NCBI RefSeq assembly: GCF_006345805.1
Contig: NC_043002.1
Coordinates: 73,098,001 to 73,162,000, forward strand
DNA: 64,000 bases
Source of the DNA: Octopus sinensis
Lineage: Eukaryota
Direction of reading: 5' to 3'
Positions 63,946-64,000 of this stretch are shown in pieces; the stretch's first letter is position 1, and every line of letters begins with the position of its first letter. The translations under genes were made by a program, and so were the position numbers. Below the pieces are notes generated by a model that saw only the letters and a program-made list of their open reading frames with translations, was not told the origin of the DNA and ran no database searches.

Positions 63946-64000
63946 TCATCATTCATCGTTTAATGTCTGCTTTCCATGCTAGCATGAGTTGGACGATTTG

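Overview
AT-rich, microsatellite-dense animal genomic DNA, most likely from Octopus (a coleoid cephalopod), judged from the characteristic tRNA-derived SINE families, RTE-type LINE tails ending in (TGA)n and abundant TA/CA/CAT repeats. The only host coding sequence I can support is the terminal exon of COX11 (+, 51041-51187). I found none of its conserved upstream exons by eye, so most of the window may be one very large intron or intergenic DNA. The rest is mobile DNA: at least four SINE families, RTE LINE 3' ends, a CR1/L2-group LINE relic, a decayed DD37D (maT) mariner carrying a nested BovB-like RTE 3' end, mariner, hAT and piggyBac-like MITEs, a non-autonomous Helitron, a scrambled Ty3/gypsy pol relic and Penelope-type termini. 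Almost all ORFs in the supplied track are microsatellite or repeat artefacts. The best leads are: (1) hammerhead-ribozyme cores in Penelope-like termini, including one fused to a tRNA-like Pol III head (57190-57476, -); (2) a pre-miRNA-like hairpin at 19894-19962; (3) a perfect 68-bp inverted repeat at 29750-29894; (4) a clean 285-bp templated insertion into a LINE relic; (5) several short-range duplications. Repeat boundaries were read by eye and are approximate to about 10-20 bp unless a TSD is quoted. No database search was run.
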